64,000 nucleotides of DNA from Acidaminococcales bacterium (lineage in GTDB: Bacteria > Bacillota > Negativicutes > Acidaminococcales > JAISLQ01). Under the pieces are notes generated by a model that did not search any database, had not been told where the DNA came from, and saw only the letters and a list, made by a program, of their open reading frames with translations. The stretch lies in contig JAVBME010000011.1 in NCBI GenBank assembly GCA_031552765.1, positions 4,178 through 68,177 on the forward strand, written 5' to 3'. Shown one piece after another: positions 10,045 through 19,176 of this stretch. Position 1 is the first letter of the stretch. Each line of letters opens with the position of its first letter. A program made the translations under genes and the position numbers.

Positions 10045-10076
10045 AAAATAAAAAACAGCTGTTTTTCAACAGCTGT
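10045..10076 (-). terminator. Intrinsic terminator closing the candidate ncRNA
   Basis: Minus strand ACAGCTGTT-gaaa-AACAGCTGT followed by TTTTTATTTT. Confidence 0.75.
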
Positions 10077-10088
10077 AAATAAACAAAC

Positions 10089-10345
10089 GGAAGACGCTTT
10101 TTCCCGCCATTCACTTGTCCGATGGATTCCATCACCGCGACTCGGGCGCTCGCCCAACTTTACCTGGCAAAGCATCTTCCGCTTATATAGTCCGCCTTCC
10201 TATTACCTGCCGGCAATTCACTAGGAGATTTTACAGGCTTTTCTTTACCCGGCTGCCTGTGTAGCGAACTCTTTAGGTCGGCGCCTAATGTCCTAAGGTT
10301 TACCAAGCTACCGCCTGTCCCTTTTTCCGAAGCGCCCTTCCTAGC
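10089..10345 (-). ncRNA. Candidate stand-alone structured non-coding RNA (~255 nt), family not recognised
   Basis: GC-rich island in AT-rich intergenic DNA. The 5' end GGAAGGGCGCTT pairs with the 3' end AAGCGTCTTCC, there are several internal hairpins, and it has an upstream sigmaA promoter and downstream terminator. Confidence 0.7.
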
Positions 10346-10351
10346 AATTAC

Positions 10352-10380
10352 AGTATAGCATCTTTTAAATTATTTGACAA
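10352..10380 (-). promoter_or_regulatory. sigmaA promoter of the candidate ncRNA
   Basis: TTGTCA (10380-10375), 17 nt spacer, TATACT (10357-10352), with extended -10 TG. Confidence 0.8.
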
Positions 10381-10405
10381 TAGCATTTTAATAATATTTT
10401 TCTCA

Positions 10406-11170
10406 TTATTTTTGTTCGTAATGTAACATATGGTTGCGCAAAGCAAGAAATACGTCTTCCTCCAGCAGATTGTCATCCAATATCGCCTTGACAAGTTTTC
10501 TGTAACCCATATCATACACCATCATATACACCAGCTTATTTAGATAGTTATCTATATGCCTTTTCTTCTCGCCCAGAAAATACATGGAACATACGCCCAG
10601 CGTTACCACTGTTTCTCCCTGTTCCTGGTTTATTTTACGCAAGTCCACCTTGCCTAATATATCATTTAGTTCCTGCCAGCGCTTGCCGTCCAACACGCCG
10701 CGCCAGGCAAAAAACTGTTCGATGAGAGTTTTGGCGCGCAGCAGAGAATCACGCGCCGACAAGGATAGCCCTGTCTGCAACAGCTTGGCGCTAGCTTCGT
10801 AGCCTACGTCTTCGCGCAAAACCGCAGCCCGGGCCTCAATAAAATCGGTGGCATTTTTACAGCCGGCCTGCTCCGCCACCTTGCCGAGAAATTTTTGCCA
10901 GAGCGGTTTGCTGGCAACCTCAGCCTCAGATAATTTATCCCGCCAGACAAACAATATGCCGTCGGCAAGCATGTCCTCAGTAAAAACAGTTTCCCGTCCT
11001 TCATCCAGTGCAGATAACGCGGGCCCATAAACCAAAAATGGCAACCGTTCCCGGCCGCCGGCCGCCAATCCGTCCAGCAGAGACAGTTGCGGCGAATAAT
11101 CCTGCCAAGCAATAGCATAGGAGGTTTTAACTGCAAAACCAGTTTCTTTTTGGCTGTGTGTCATATCCAT
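10406..11170 (-). CDS. Hypothetical protein (helical, possibly TPR-like)
   Basis: 254 aa ORF 6 nt downstream of cvfB with RBS GAGGAG; no motif recognised. Confidence 0.7.
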   Translation of the reverse strand: MDMTHSQKETGFAVKTSYAIAWQDYSPQLSLLDGLAAGGRERLPFLVYGPALSALDEGRETVFTEDMLADGILFVWRDKLSEAEVASKPLWQKFLGKVAEQAGCKNATDFIEARAAVLREDVGYEASAKLLQTGLSLSARDSLLRAKTLIEQFFAWRGVLDGKRWQELNDILGKVDLRKINQEQGETVVTLGVCSMYFLGEKKRHIDNYLNKLVYMMVYDMGYRKLVKAILDDNLLEEDVFLALRNHMLHYEQK

Positions 11171-11176
11171 CTATTT

Positions 11177-12055
11177 TTACTCCTCTGCGCCGGACTCCGC
11201 TACCAACACCGTCCAGCCGTCTTCTTGCCTTATTGTTCCTTCTTTCAGCAGGCGGCCGAGAGCACGTTTGAAGGCCGCTTTGCTGAGCTGGAACTTTTCC
11301 CTGACGATGTCTGGCGGCGTCGCGTCGCCATAAGGCATACGGCCCTGGCGCCCTTTTAAATAACCGATTATCTTTTCAGCGTCTTCGCCCATGGCCGTTT
11401 CTTTTTGCGGACGCCGGGAAATGTTTATCCGCCCGTCCGGGCGGATAAAGGCGATACGGCCCTTTACCTCTTCGCCCATTTTCAGCATGCCGCCGCCTGC
11501 CTCATCCTTATGCAAAAATGCTATATATCCTTCTTCTGTAAACAACAGCCAGCCGTCATCGAGGTCGTTATAGACCCAGCCTGTGACTTCCTGCCCAACC
11601 CGCGCGCCGGCAGCCGGTTTAGACATCGCTTTTAGTTCTTCTTCCACTTTCATGGTCACAGCCTGGCGCCCCGTTTTGTCTCGGTACAGCTTGACCCACA
11701 CCGTTTGGCCGCGCATTACTCGCCCGCGCATCTCGCTGAACGGCAAAAAGACGCCTCGTTCGGCGCCGATACTGACAAAAGCCCCTTGTTTGGTGACATT
11801 TATCACCGGCATACGCCCGACTTCCCCTTCTTTGAGGGTAGCCAAACGCATACTGGCCGCCAGACGTTTTTGCGGGTCAAGATACAGCGACACAGGCACG
11901 ACGTCCCCCACCTCGACCGATGCTGTCTGCTGCGCCAGGTGCAGCAGGATATCGTCTGAAGTATTGCCTGTACCGGCGTCCAAAAACGCCCCTATGGCGC
12001 TTTGCCTGACTACTTTCATCAAATATTCGCCGCCAGGCTGGTATTTACTGTTCAT
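11177..12055 (-). CDS. cvfB: CvfB-family S1 RNA-binding protein
   Basis: Repeated S1-like segments (GAFLDAG, GAFVSIG) and C-terminal winged helix LSKAAFKRALGRLLK. ATGA overlap with the rsfS stop. Confidence 0.85.
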   Translation of the reverse strand: MNSKYQPGGEYLMKVVRQSAIGAFLDAGTGNTSDDILLHLAQQTASVEVGDVVPVSLYLDPQKRLAASMRLATLKEGEVGRMPVINVTKQGAFVSIGAERGVFLPFSEMRGRVMRGQTVWVKLYRDKTGRQAVTMKVEEELKAMSKPAAGARVGQEVTGWVYNDLDDGWLLFTEEGYIAFLHKDEAGGGMLKMGEEVKGRIAFIRPDGRINISRRPQKETAMGEDAEKIIGYLKGRQGRMPYGDATPPDIVREKFQLSKAAFKRALGRLLKEGTIRQEDGWTVLVAESGAEE

Positions 12056-12429
12056 GCCCCTTCTCCGTATTCCACGACCGGAGCGTCTCCCCACAATTGC
12101 TCCAGATTATAAAAACGGCGGTCTTCTTCCTGGAACACATGCACGACTGTCGCGCCATAATCAAGAAGTATCCAATTAGCCTGGTTGTAACCTTCTTTAT
12201 GCAATAAAGCCGCACCGTCGGCAGCCATCTTCTCTTCGATACTATCCGCGACAGCCTGGGCTTGCACCGCGCTGCCCGCGCTCGCTATGACAAAATAATC
12301 CGCGATGGTAGACAGCTGTGTTATCTCCAGCACCAAAATATCCCTCGCTTTTTTCTCCTCTGCAGCCAGCGCCGCCTGTTTGGCCAATGCCCTTTCATCT
12401 TTCAGCACCGTATCCCGTCCTTTCTTCAT
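12052..12429 (-). CDS. rsfS: Ribosome silencing factor RsfS
   Basis: IADYFVIAS, WILLDYG.VVHVF and RFYNLEQLWGDA motifs. Confidence 0.95.
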   Translation of the reverse strand: MKKGRDTVLKDERALAKQAALAAEEKKARDILVLEITQLSTIADYFVIASAGSAVQAQAVADSIEEKMAADGAALLHKEGYNQANWILLDYGATVVHVFQEEDRRFYNLEQLWGDAPVVEYGEGA

Positions 12430-13382
12430 TTAACCTGTATTATACCCAATTTATTCATGGCTGCGGCTATTTTTTGCGGGTCGCTCACCCAATAGGCCGC
12501 ATTATCTATAGTGAAAAAGCTGCCCGGCAACATTTCAAAAAGTATGCCATCGGCATCATAGCTCTTGAAAGAGCGTGTTGCCTGCAAGGCCCGGGGCAAA
12601 TCCATATCCGTCACTATACCGGCCGCTAAAGCCCCTTTAAAATATGGCGCCTTAACGATAGTAGTTACACTAAATAATTCTCCGGCAAAAGCTTTCAAAA
12701 ATTTTTGTTGGCGCAACGCACGTCCCGTATCACCCAACTCATCACTGCGGAATTTTATGTATTTTAGGGATTGTTCGCCATTCAATCTTTGATAACCTTT
12801 TTTTATATCTATAGTGAGACTTTGATAAGGATCACTGTATTTCATATTATTTTCCACATAAAGACCTACGCCGCCCAATATATCCACCAACTGCATAAAT
12901 CCGCGCGCATCAAGCACTATATGGTAGCTCACCGGCACGGACAAGAGATCAGCCACCGCCTGGCGCGCCATACCTGCGCCGCCGTGTGTATAAACGCCGC
13001 TTATCCTGTCCGGTTCTTTTTTGTCAACTACATTTACCCTGGTCTCCCTTGGTATGGAAATGACCGCTACCCCTTTTTTTTCCAGGTCAAAACTTACCAA
13101 AAGAATGCTGTCCATCCTTTTACGTCCGCTATAATCGGCATTATCCACGCCCAGCACAAGCACGTTCATCCTCTTATCCAACAAAGCGGTATTTACCGTT
13201 TTCCCGCGCGGCCAAGTCACTTTTGTCAACTCCGCTTTGCTGAAAAACAGATAATCTATGGCCGTCCAGCCCCAATAGGCAAGATAAATAAACCCGGCCA
13301 ACAGTATTGATAGTGCAAAAACCCGACCCCAACGCATCTTTTTTCTTATCCGCACCGGACGGCCACTAAAATTTCCGCTCAT
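12426..13382 (-). CDS. LytR-CpsA-Psr (LCP) family protein
   Basis: N-terminal TM; NVLVLGVD, SIPRET, LVDILGGV and R..RQQ motifs. Confidence 0.92.
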   Translation of the reverse strand: MSGNFSGRPVRIRKKMRWGRVFALSILLAGFIYLAYWGWTAIDYLFFSKAELTKVTWPRGKTVNTALLDKRMNVLVLGVDNADYSGRKRMDSILLVSFDLEKKGVAVISIPRETRVNVVDKKEPDRISGVYTHGGAGMARQAVADLLSVPVSYHIVLDARGFMQLVDILGGVGLYVENNMKYSDPYQSLTIDIKKGYQRLNGEQSLKYIKFRSDELGDTGRALRQQKFLKAFAGELFSVTTIVKAPYFKGALAAGIVTDMDLPRALQATRSFKSYDADGILFEMLPGSFFTIDNAAYWVSDPQKIAAAMNKLGIIQVK

Positions 13383-13961
13383 TCAAGAAACCCCTTGTTC
13401 TCGCTTAAGTAAAAGGTCATTCCAACAATCTATACAAACCGGATGTATCAATAAGCGTTTTTGCAAAAGATAGCTGATAGTAGACTCTAGCGAGGCAAGC
13501 ATCGCAAGTTCCAGGCTCTTTACCGCCAGCGAGCGCACCAGTTCTACGCCGGGTTGAGTACGGCCCGGTTCTATCATGTCGGCGACAAATACCACCATAT
13601 CAAGAGGCGCCATGTTTGGGCCGCCGGTAGTATGCAGCGCTATGGCGCTGAGTATCTCAGAGTCCTTGATCCCATACTGCTCCCTGGCAATATGCACCCC
13701 CAGCGGAGCATGCAAAAGTATCGGCTGCCGTACTTCGATAGGCAATACTTTAATGCCTATTTCTTCCGCTTTAGCCGCGCTGTCTTTTTTCTTGACCGCA
13801 CGGCCGCAGTCATGCAACAACCCGGCAATGCGGGCTTTTTCCTCATCAACGGAAAATATCTTAGCTAAACGCACGCATTCTTTCATTACATTCACCGAAT
13901 GGCAGTAGCGCTCGGGGCTCAGCTCTTTTTCCAAAACAGACGACATCTTTTGTATATCCAT
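13383..13961 (-). CDS. yqeK: YqeK HD-domain Ap4A hydrolase
   Basis: RYCHS, GLLHD, LLHAPLG, HTTG and AD.IEPGR motifs; downstream of nadD. Confidence 0.92.
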   Translation of the reverse strand: MDIQKMSSVLEKELSPERYCHSVNVMKECVRLAKIFSVDEEKARIAGLLHDCGRAVKKKDSAAKAEEIGIKVLPIEVRQPILLHAPLGVHIAREQYGIKDSEILSAIALHTTGGPNMAPLDMVVFVADMIEPGRTQPGVELVRSLAVKSLELAMLASLESTISYLLQKRLLIHPVCIDCWNDLLLKREQGVS

Positions 13962-13990
13962 TATATCACACCCCCTCAAGCCATCTTGCC

Positions 13991-14061
13991 AACAGGCCCG
14001 CGGTCCCCCGCCCCATGATGCTACAATCCCGCATCATGGGTGCGGGCGCCGCGGGCCCGTT
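13991..14061. repeat. Long GC-rich inverted repeat in the nadD-yqeK spacer
   Basis: GGCCCGCGG..CCCGC.CCCATGATGC [9-nt loop] GCATCATGGG.GCGGG..CCGCGGGCC. Confidence 0.85.
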
Positions 14062-14081
14062 CTGATTTATAGGCATAAATT

Positions 14082-14687
14082 CTAAAGGTATAACCCTTCT
14101 TTTTTTATATAAAGCTCTACGCTGGCCGGCACAATATACTTGAAAGAACGCCCGCCCCGCACACGGTCCCTGATGTCGGTGGAAGATATTTCCAGTTCGG
14201 GAGTATCTATCTGATGTATCTGCCCTTCGCCCTCTTTGCCGAAAAATGCGATCGCTTTTTCTACCGAAGAAGCAAATCCCGGCCGCGTCGCCGCTACAAA
14301 ATGGCAAAAACTCAAAAGTCCGTGCGCTTTTTCCCAGCTCGGTATCTCCGCCACCGCATCTGTGCCTACGATAAAATAAAAGGTTGTGTCGTCGCCATAT
14401 TCTTCGTGCAACAGCATAAGCGTATCAATGGTATAAGACAGACCTTCCCTCTCCACTTCTATGTCCGATACATTAAAAGCAGGATTGTCACTGGTCGCCA
14501 ATATAGTCATTATGTAACGGTCGCGGGCCGGCGCCACCTTTCCGATCTTGTGCGGCGGCTGCCCGGTAGGAATAAAAATAACCTTCTCCAGCGACAGTTG
14601 CTGCATTACATAATCCGCGGTCACCAGGTGCCCTATATGTATGGGATCGAAAGTACCGCCGAGTATCCCTATCCTGCGTTTTGCCAT
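14082..14687 (-). CDS. nadD: Nicotinate-nucleotide adenylyltransferase
   Basis: GGTFDPIHIGH, PPHK, SYTIDTL and ISSTDIR motifs. Confidence 0.97.
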   Translation of the reverse strand: MAKRRIGILGGTFDPIHIGHLVTADYVMQQLSLEKVIFIPTGQPPHKIGKVAPARDRYIMTILATSDNPAFNVSDIEVEREGLSYTIDTLMLLHEEYGDDTTFYFIVGTDAVAEIPSWEKAHGLLSFCHFVAATRPGFASSVEKAIAFFGKEGEGQIHQIDTPELEISSTDIRDRVRGGRSFKYIVPASVELYIKKEGLYL

Positions 14688-14727
14688 GATGCATCTCCCA
14701 GCTTAACCCAAATGCATTTATATTATA

Positions 14728-14895
14728 TCAATTCGCATTGGCGAAAACAACAGCAACCCAAGTCAGAAGAAAAAGACTGCCGAAAACCAGCAAAAAACCT
14801 TTGCTGTAATCCTTAACATCCCAGCGCGTCTTATCTTCCCGGCAGTATTTTGCAAAAGCCCGCCATATCTCGTTAAGCTGCGTTTTTTTACTCAT
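14728..14895 (-). CDS. Small single-TM hypothetical protein (55 aa)
   Basis: ATG overlaps the macB-like stop (TATGAGTAA); C-terminal hydrophobic stretch FLLVFGSLFLLTWVAVVF. Confidence 0.5.
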   Translation of the reverse strand: MSKKTQLNEIWRAFAKYCREDKTRWDVKDYSKGFLLVFGSLFLLTWVAVVFANAN

Positions 14896-16102
14896 AGCGC
14901 AGAGCCTCAATCGGATCTAGCAGCGCGGCCTTGCGGGCCGGATATATGCCGAAGAATAAACCTATGACCACAGAAAAACCAAAGGCCACGATTATCGCCG
15001 CGCCGGACACCACCGTATTCCATTCGGCAAAATGCGATATGGCGAACGCTCCGCCGATGCCTATAGCGATGCCCATACAGCCGCCCAATACGCCTATGAC
15101 TACAGACTCGATCAAAAACTGTAAAAGTACATTGCGGTAAGTAGCGCCCAGCGCTTTTCTTATGCCGATCTCGCGCGTCCGTTCGGTCACGGATACCAGC
15201 ATTATGTTCATTATGCCGATACCGCCTACCAAAAGGCTTATCGCAGCGATATTTCCCAATAAAAGAGTTATAGTGCCTGTAGTCTCTTCCGCGGTTTCCA
15301 TGATAGCCGCCATGTTGCGCACAGAAAAATCGTCGTCCTGACCGGATTTTATCCGGTGGCGCATACGCAGCAGCTGCTCCACGTCGGCCTGCACATTAGA
15401 CAGCACATCTTCGCTGACCGCCTGGATGCTTATGCGCTGAACAAAGGTTATGCCCATCATCCTCTGTTGGGCCGTAGTCAATGGGATAAACACCACGTCG
15501 TCCTGATCCTGTCCGACCGCCGACTGGCCCTTGCTTACTAAAAGGCCTACCACACGGAAAGGAGCTTTGTTTATCCTTATCGTCTGCCCGATGGGGTTCA
15601 TACCGCCAAACAGGCTGTCCGCCACAGTCTGGCCGATGATCGCTACCCGCGCCCGCGTATCCAGGTCGCGTTCGTTAAAAGCGTCGCCTTCCGCTATGGC
15701 AAAGTTGCGCACAGTGAGAAAATCCGGCGTAGTGCCTTCCACCTGCGTCGTCCAGTTCTGGTTGCCGAACACTACCTGGTACTGTCGTGATACTGCCGGC
15801 GCGATGGCGTTTACGCCGTCCACATTTTTCGCTATGGCCTTGGCATCGTCGTAAGTCAGGCGGGCGCCGGTACCGGCGGCCAGACGCGCTCCGCTGGCTG
15901 AAGTGCCGCCCGGCAGGACGATTATGAGGTTACTGCCGAGACTAGCAATAGAACTCCTCACCTTTTCCTGCACGCCCATACCGATGGATACCATAGTAAT
16001 GACCGCGCCCACGCCGATGATGATGCCGAGCATGGTCAATATGGAACGCATTTTATTCGCTTTCAGGCCTTCGACGGCTATAAGGACGCTTTCCCAAAAC
16101 AT
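14888..16102 (-). CDS. MacB/FtsX-type ABC exporter permease
   Basis: RSILTMLGIIIG, GGIGIMNIMLVSVTERTREIGIRKALGA and LDPIEALRYE motifs. Confidence 0.95.
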   Translation of the reverse strand: MFWESVLIAVEGLKANKMRSILTMLGIIIGVGAVITMVSIGMGVQEKVRSSIASLGSNLIIVLPGGTSASGARLAAGTGARLTYDDAKAIAKNVDGVNAIAPAVSRQYQVVFGNQNWTTQVEGTTPDFLTVRNFAIAEGDAFNERDLDTRARVAIIGQTVADSLFGGMNPIGQTIRINKAPFRVVGLLVSKGQSAVGQDQDDVVFIPLTTAQQRMMGITFVQRISIQAVSEDVLSNVQADVEQLLRMRHRIKSGQDDDFSVRNMAAIMETAEETTGTITLLLGNIAAISLLVGGIGIMNIMLVSVTERTREIGIRKALGATYRNVLLQFLIESVVIGVLGGCMGIAIGIGGAFAISHFAEWNTVVSGAAIIVAFGFSVVIGLFFGIYPARKAALLDPIEALRYE

Positions 16103-16162
16103 AGCATTTCTCCCGGTATCACAAGTGATAAAACTTCGTACCACGCCATTTTATCAGCTTTA

Positions 16163-16849
16163 TTATTTACTGTTCATCTCATCGTTTATAATCAAACCGT
16201 CACGCACGTATATCGCCCTTTTCGTCTGCTGAGCTATGTCAGGCTCATGGGTTACCAGTATAACGGTCTTGCCTTCGGCATTAAGGTCTTTGAGCATTTT
16301 CATAATGTCGTTGCCGGATTTGGTGTCAAGGTTGCCTGTCGGTTCGTCCGCCATAATGATGGCCGGCTCGTTCACAAGCGCCCGCGCTATCGCCACCCTC
16401 TGCCGCTGTCCGCCGGACAGTTCGTTCGGGCGGTGGTGAGAACGCTCGCCCAGTCCCACTTTTTCCAGCACCAAAGCTGCACGCGCCAGGCGTTCCTCCA
16501 GCGGCAAGCCGGCATAGACAAGCGGCAGCGCCACATTTTGCAAAGCCGACATCCTCGGCAGCAGGTTGAAACTCTGGAAAACAAACCCTATTTTTTTATT
16601 GCGCGTTATTGCCAGTTCGTCGTCGCTGTAATCGCTCACTTCCCGCCCGTCCAGCGTATAAGAGCCGCCGGTCGGCCGGTCGAGGCAGCCGAGTATATTC
16701 ATCAGTGTGGATTTTCCCGAACCTGAAGGCCCCATGATTGCGGCAAACTCACCCTTCGCGATAGAAAGGCTGACCCCGGCCAGCGCATTGACTATATTGT
16801 CGCCCATTACATATGTTTTGACTACATCCTTTACTTCTATCACATTCAC
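16163..16849 (-). CDS. MacB/LolD-type ABC ATP-binding protein
   Basis: [26 protein letters not shown] and VTH motifs. Confidence 0.96.
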   Translation of the reverse strand: MNVIEVKDVVKTYVMGDNIVNALAGVSLSIAKGEFAAIMGPSGSGKSTLMNILGCLDRPTGGSYTLDGREVSDYSDDELAITRNKKIGFVFQSFNLLPRMSALQNVALPLVYAGLPLEERLARAALVLEKVGLGERSHHRPNELSGGQRQRVAIARALVNEPAIIMADEPTGNLDTKSGNDIMKMLKDLNAEGKTVILVTHEPDIAQQTKRAIYVRDGLIINDEMNSK

Positions 16850-16866
16850 CGGAGCAGCCTCCTTCC

Positions 16867-17979
16867 CTAGCGTCTAGGAGCGCCACCGCCGCCGGCGCTC
16901 CTTAAAGTCCGCTGGTCGGCAGCCTGTTTCTGCGCGGCGCTGTCGGTCACCTTGGCCGCGCCGGGCCTCAATACTACTTCGTCGCCTACCTTAAGGCCGC
17001 TCACTATCTCTACCCGGTCGTCGCCCCTCAGGCCGGTCTGCACCTCGATATCTTCCGTCTGGCCGCCCGGACGTACTACTTGTACATATTTTTTACCCTT
17101 CAAATCGCGCACCGCGGAAAAAGGCAGGGTCATAGCGCCTTTTTTCTCATCGGTCAATATTATGACGCGGGAAGTCATATTAGGGAAAAGTTTGTTCCTC
17201 GCATCAGCCACATCGACATATACCTTATAATAAATAACGTTGTTTTGCGTTTCCGCCTTGCGGGAAATCAGGCTGACCACGCCGTGGAAAACCATATCGG
17301 GATAAGAGTCTACCGTAAATTCCACTTTCTGCCCCTTGGCCACCTGGCCGATATCTGATTCGTCGACCAGCGTCTCGCTTTGCATTATCGACATGTCGGC
17401 GATCGTCATCAGCACCATTGGCGTGGAGATACCGGGCGCTACAGTTTGTCCTGCCGGCACGGGCTTGCCCACGACCAGGCCGTCCACCGGCGCCCTGATA
17501 ATGGTATCGTCAAGGTCGGAGGATGATTTTTCATAAGTGGCGAGCGCCACTTTATAATCGCGTTCAGAGGTATCGTAATCCTGCCAGGCGATCGCTCCCT
17601 GCTTGATCAAAGCGCTCATGCGATTAAAATTGGCCGTGGCGTTTTTGAGCGCGGCTTCTTTTTGCGCCAGGTCGCTCTTATACTGCATATCGTCAAGCAG
17701 TACCAAAGTTTGGCCGGCTTTTACCCAGTCGTTTTCCTGTACTTTTACATCGACGATACGCCCGGTTATTTTGGAGCTTATATCAACGCTGTTTACAGGC
17801 TTGACCGTGCCGGTCGCGGAAATAGACGAACGTATGTCGCTTTTTTCCACGCGCACTGTCTGCACTTTGCTCTCAGCGGCCTTTTGTTTTTTATAATATG
17901 CATAACCGCCATAAGAAGCTACTGCCAAAAGCAATACAACTACTATAACCTTCTTGAACTTCAAAAGCTGCCGCCACAT
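16867..17979 (-). CDS. MacA-like periplasmic adaptor (membrane fusion protein)
   Basis: N-terminal TM, barrel-sandwich hybrid segments, IRAPVDG and VDESDIG motifs. Confidence 0.93.
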   Translation of the reverse strand: MWRQLLKFKKVIVVVLLLAVASYGGYAYYKKQKAAESKVQTVRVEKSDIRSSISATGTVKPVNSVDISSKITGRIVDVKVQENDWVKAGQTLVLLDDMQYKSDLAQKEAALKNATANFNRMSALIKQGAIAWQDYDTSERDYKVALATYEKSSSDLDDTIIRAPVDGLVVGKPVPAGQTVAPGISTPMVLMTIADMSIMQSETLVDESDIGQVAKGQKVEFTVDSYPDMVFHGVVSLISRKAETQNNVIYYKVYVDVADARNKLFPNMTSRVIILTDEKKGAMTLPFSAVRDLKGKKYVQVVRPGGQTEDIEVQTGLRGDDRVEIVSGLKVGDEVVLRPGAAKVTDSAAQKQAADQRTLRSAGGGGAPRR

Positions 17980-18192
17980 CGCTTATCACCGTAACCTTTC
18001 CGTCTTCTGAATACCATTCTACGCATTTGCCCAAACTCAGTCAACAGCGGCATGTGAAATAACTGTGACAAAAAATACAAAAGTTTGTAAAATATGCATA
18101 TTTTTAAGCCAAATCCTACCGGCTTTATTTTATTTACCAAAAGTAGTAAAATGTATTGAGTATGCATAACCTTAACTTGCGAGGTATATTTA

Positions 18193-18750
18193 GTGAAAAG
18201 ACGGCTTTTAATAACCATCCTGGGCCTCGGCCTCATCCACAACGTATTTAACTTTTTCCGCTCCTTCGATCCTGATATCGGCAGGTTTTTTCCTACAAAA
18301 CAAAAAAGGCCGCCGGTCAGCAGCCAAAAACAGCCGCCCGTCAGTAAAAATGCCGCATTGCCGGAAGGTTTTGCCGGTTTCAAATGGGGCTCCAAACCGG
18401 GCGATTTTGCCCAGCTCACACTTTTGGTCAACAAAGATGGACTCGCCACCTACGAAATGAAAAACCCTCAACGGCGCTACCCGGCGGAACTCACTGCCGG
18501 CATACCGCCAAAAAACACCCGTCTCTTCTTCCGTAACGGCGGCCTGGCCTATGCCATAATGGAGCTCGACGCAGAAACGGCTGATGTTAACAAAGACTTT
18601 TTAACAGAAAAATTCGGCAAAGCCAAAACAAGTCAGCAGGAAAAAACACAAGTCCACAGCTGGCAAAGCGGCAACACCATTATAAACTTTGTTGTTTATG
18701 ATAAAAAGCGCGCCTTCCTGCAACTGATTGACAGCAATTTGAAAAAGTGA
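18193..18750 (+). CDS. Hypothetical exported or membrane-anchored protein
   Basis: GTG start with RBS GAGGT, N-terminal hydrophobic segment and GFAGFKWG segment; family not recognised. Confidence 0.7.
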   Translation: MKRRLLITILGLGLIHNVFNFFRSFDPDIGRFFPTKQKRPPVSSQKQPPVSKNAALPEGFAGFKWGSKPGDFAQLTLLVNKDGLATYEMKNPQRRYPAELTAGIPPKNTRLFFRNGGLAYAIMELDAETADVNKDFLTEKFGKAKTSQQEKTQVHSWQSGNTIINFVVYDKKRAFLQLIDSNLKK

Positions 18751-18777
18751 CATTACTTTCAATATTTGCCAGCAACC

Positions 18778-18806
18778 TTGTCCTCTTGTTACCAAACTGG
18801 TAAAAT
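18778..18806 (+). promoter_or_regulatory. sigmaA promoter with overlapping palindromic operator TTACCA-N3-TGGTAA upstream of the XRE gene
   Basis: TTGTCC (18778-83), 17 nt spacer, TAAAAT (18801-06) with extended TG; perfect inverted repeat at 18789-18803. Confidence 0.65.
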
Positions 18807-18845
18807 ATATACAGAATCACACTGTCTACTGAAAGGTTGGCGTTT

Positions 18846-19148
18846 ATGTTAGGAAAAAACTTAAGATCCATGCGTGAAATCGCAGGCATGAGCCAAACCG
18901 AGGTAGCCCGTGACCTGAAGCTCAACAGAGTGACTTATAACCGTTACGAAACAGGCGAACGCGAACCGGGCGTACAGGTATTGCTCAGTCTGGCCGCTTA
19001 TTTTGACGTATCACTGGATTTCCTGCTCGGGCGGACGCCTTTGCGTCTGCCGCTGAACGCGCTCTATGCGCAACACAGCAGTTTGTCGAAAGATGCTGTG
19101 GAGAAAATAAACGCTATAATTTCTTCCTGCCACAACAGGAATGGCTAA
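18846..19148 (+). CDS. XRE/Cro-CI family HTH transcriptional regulator
   Basis: MSQTEVARDLKLNRVTYNRYETGEREP...LAAYFDVSLDFLLGR. Confidence 0.93.
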   Translation: MLGKNLRSMREIAGMSQTEVARDLKLNRVTYNRYETGEREPGVQVLLSLAAYFDVSLDFLLGRTPLRLPLNALYAQHSSLSKDAVEKINAIISSCHNRNG

Positions 19149-19176
19149 TGAAATACGCGAGAAATATGGGGTTTTT

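Noticed and set aside
9987-10175. 62-aa ORF overlapping the candidate ncRNA
   Set aside because: TTG start without a clear RBS, it runs through the terminator into low-complexity AT-rich DNA, and the product is not protein-like.
10089-10345. Identification as T-box, glycine riboswitch, tmRNA, RNase P, SRP or 6S RNA
   Set aside because: No TGGNACC T-box bulge. CAGGTAA occurs twice but without the GGAGA/CCGAAG/CTCT glycine core. No tRNA-like ends, no GAGGAAAGTCC, no SRP TCAGG..GGAAG..AGCAG loop, and not a single 6S-like rod. This is from memory and needs an Rfam scan.
18846-19148. Prophage repressor or prophage remnant
   Set aside because: No divergent cro, integrase or structural phage genes nearby.
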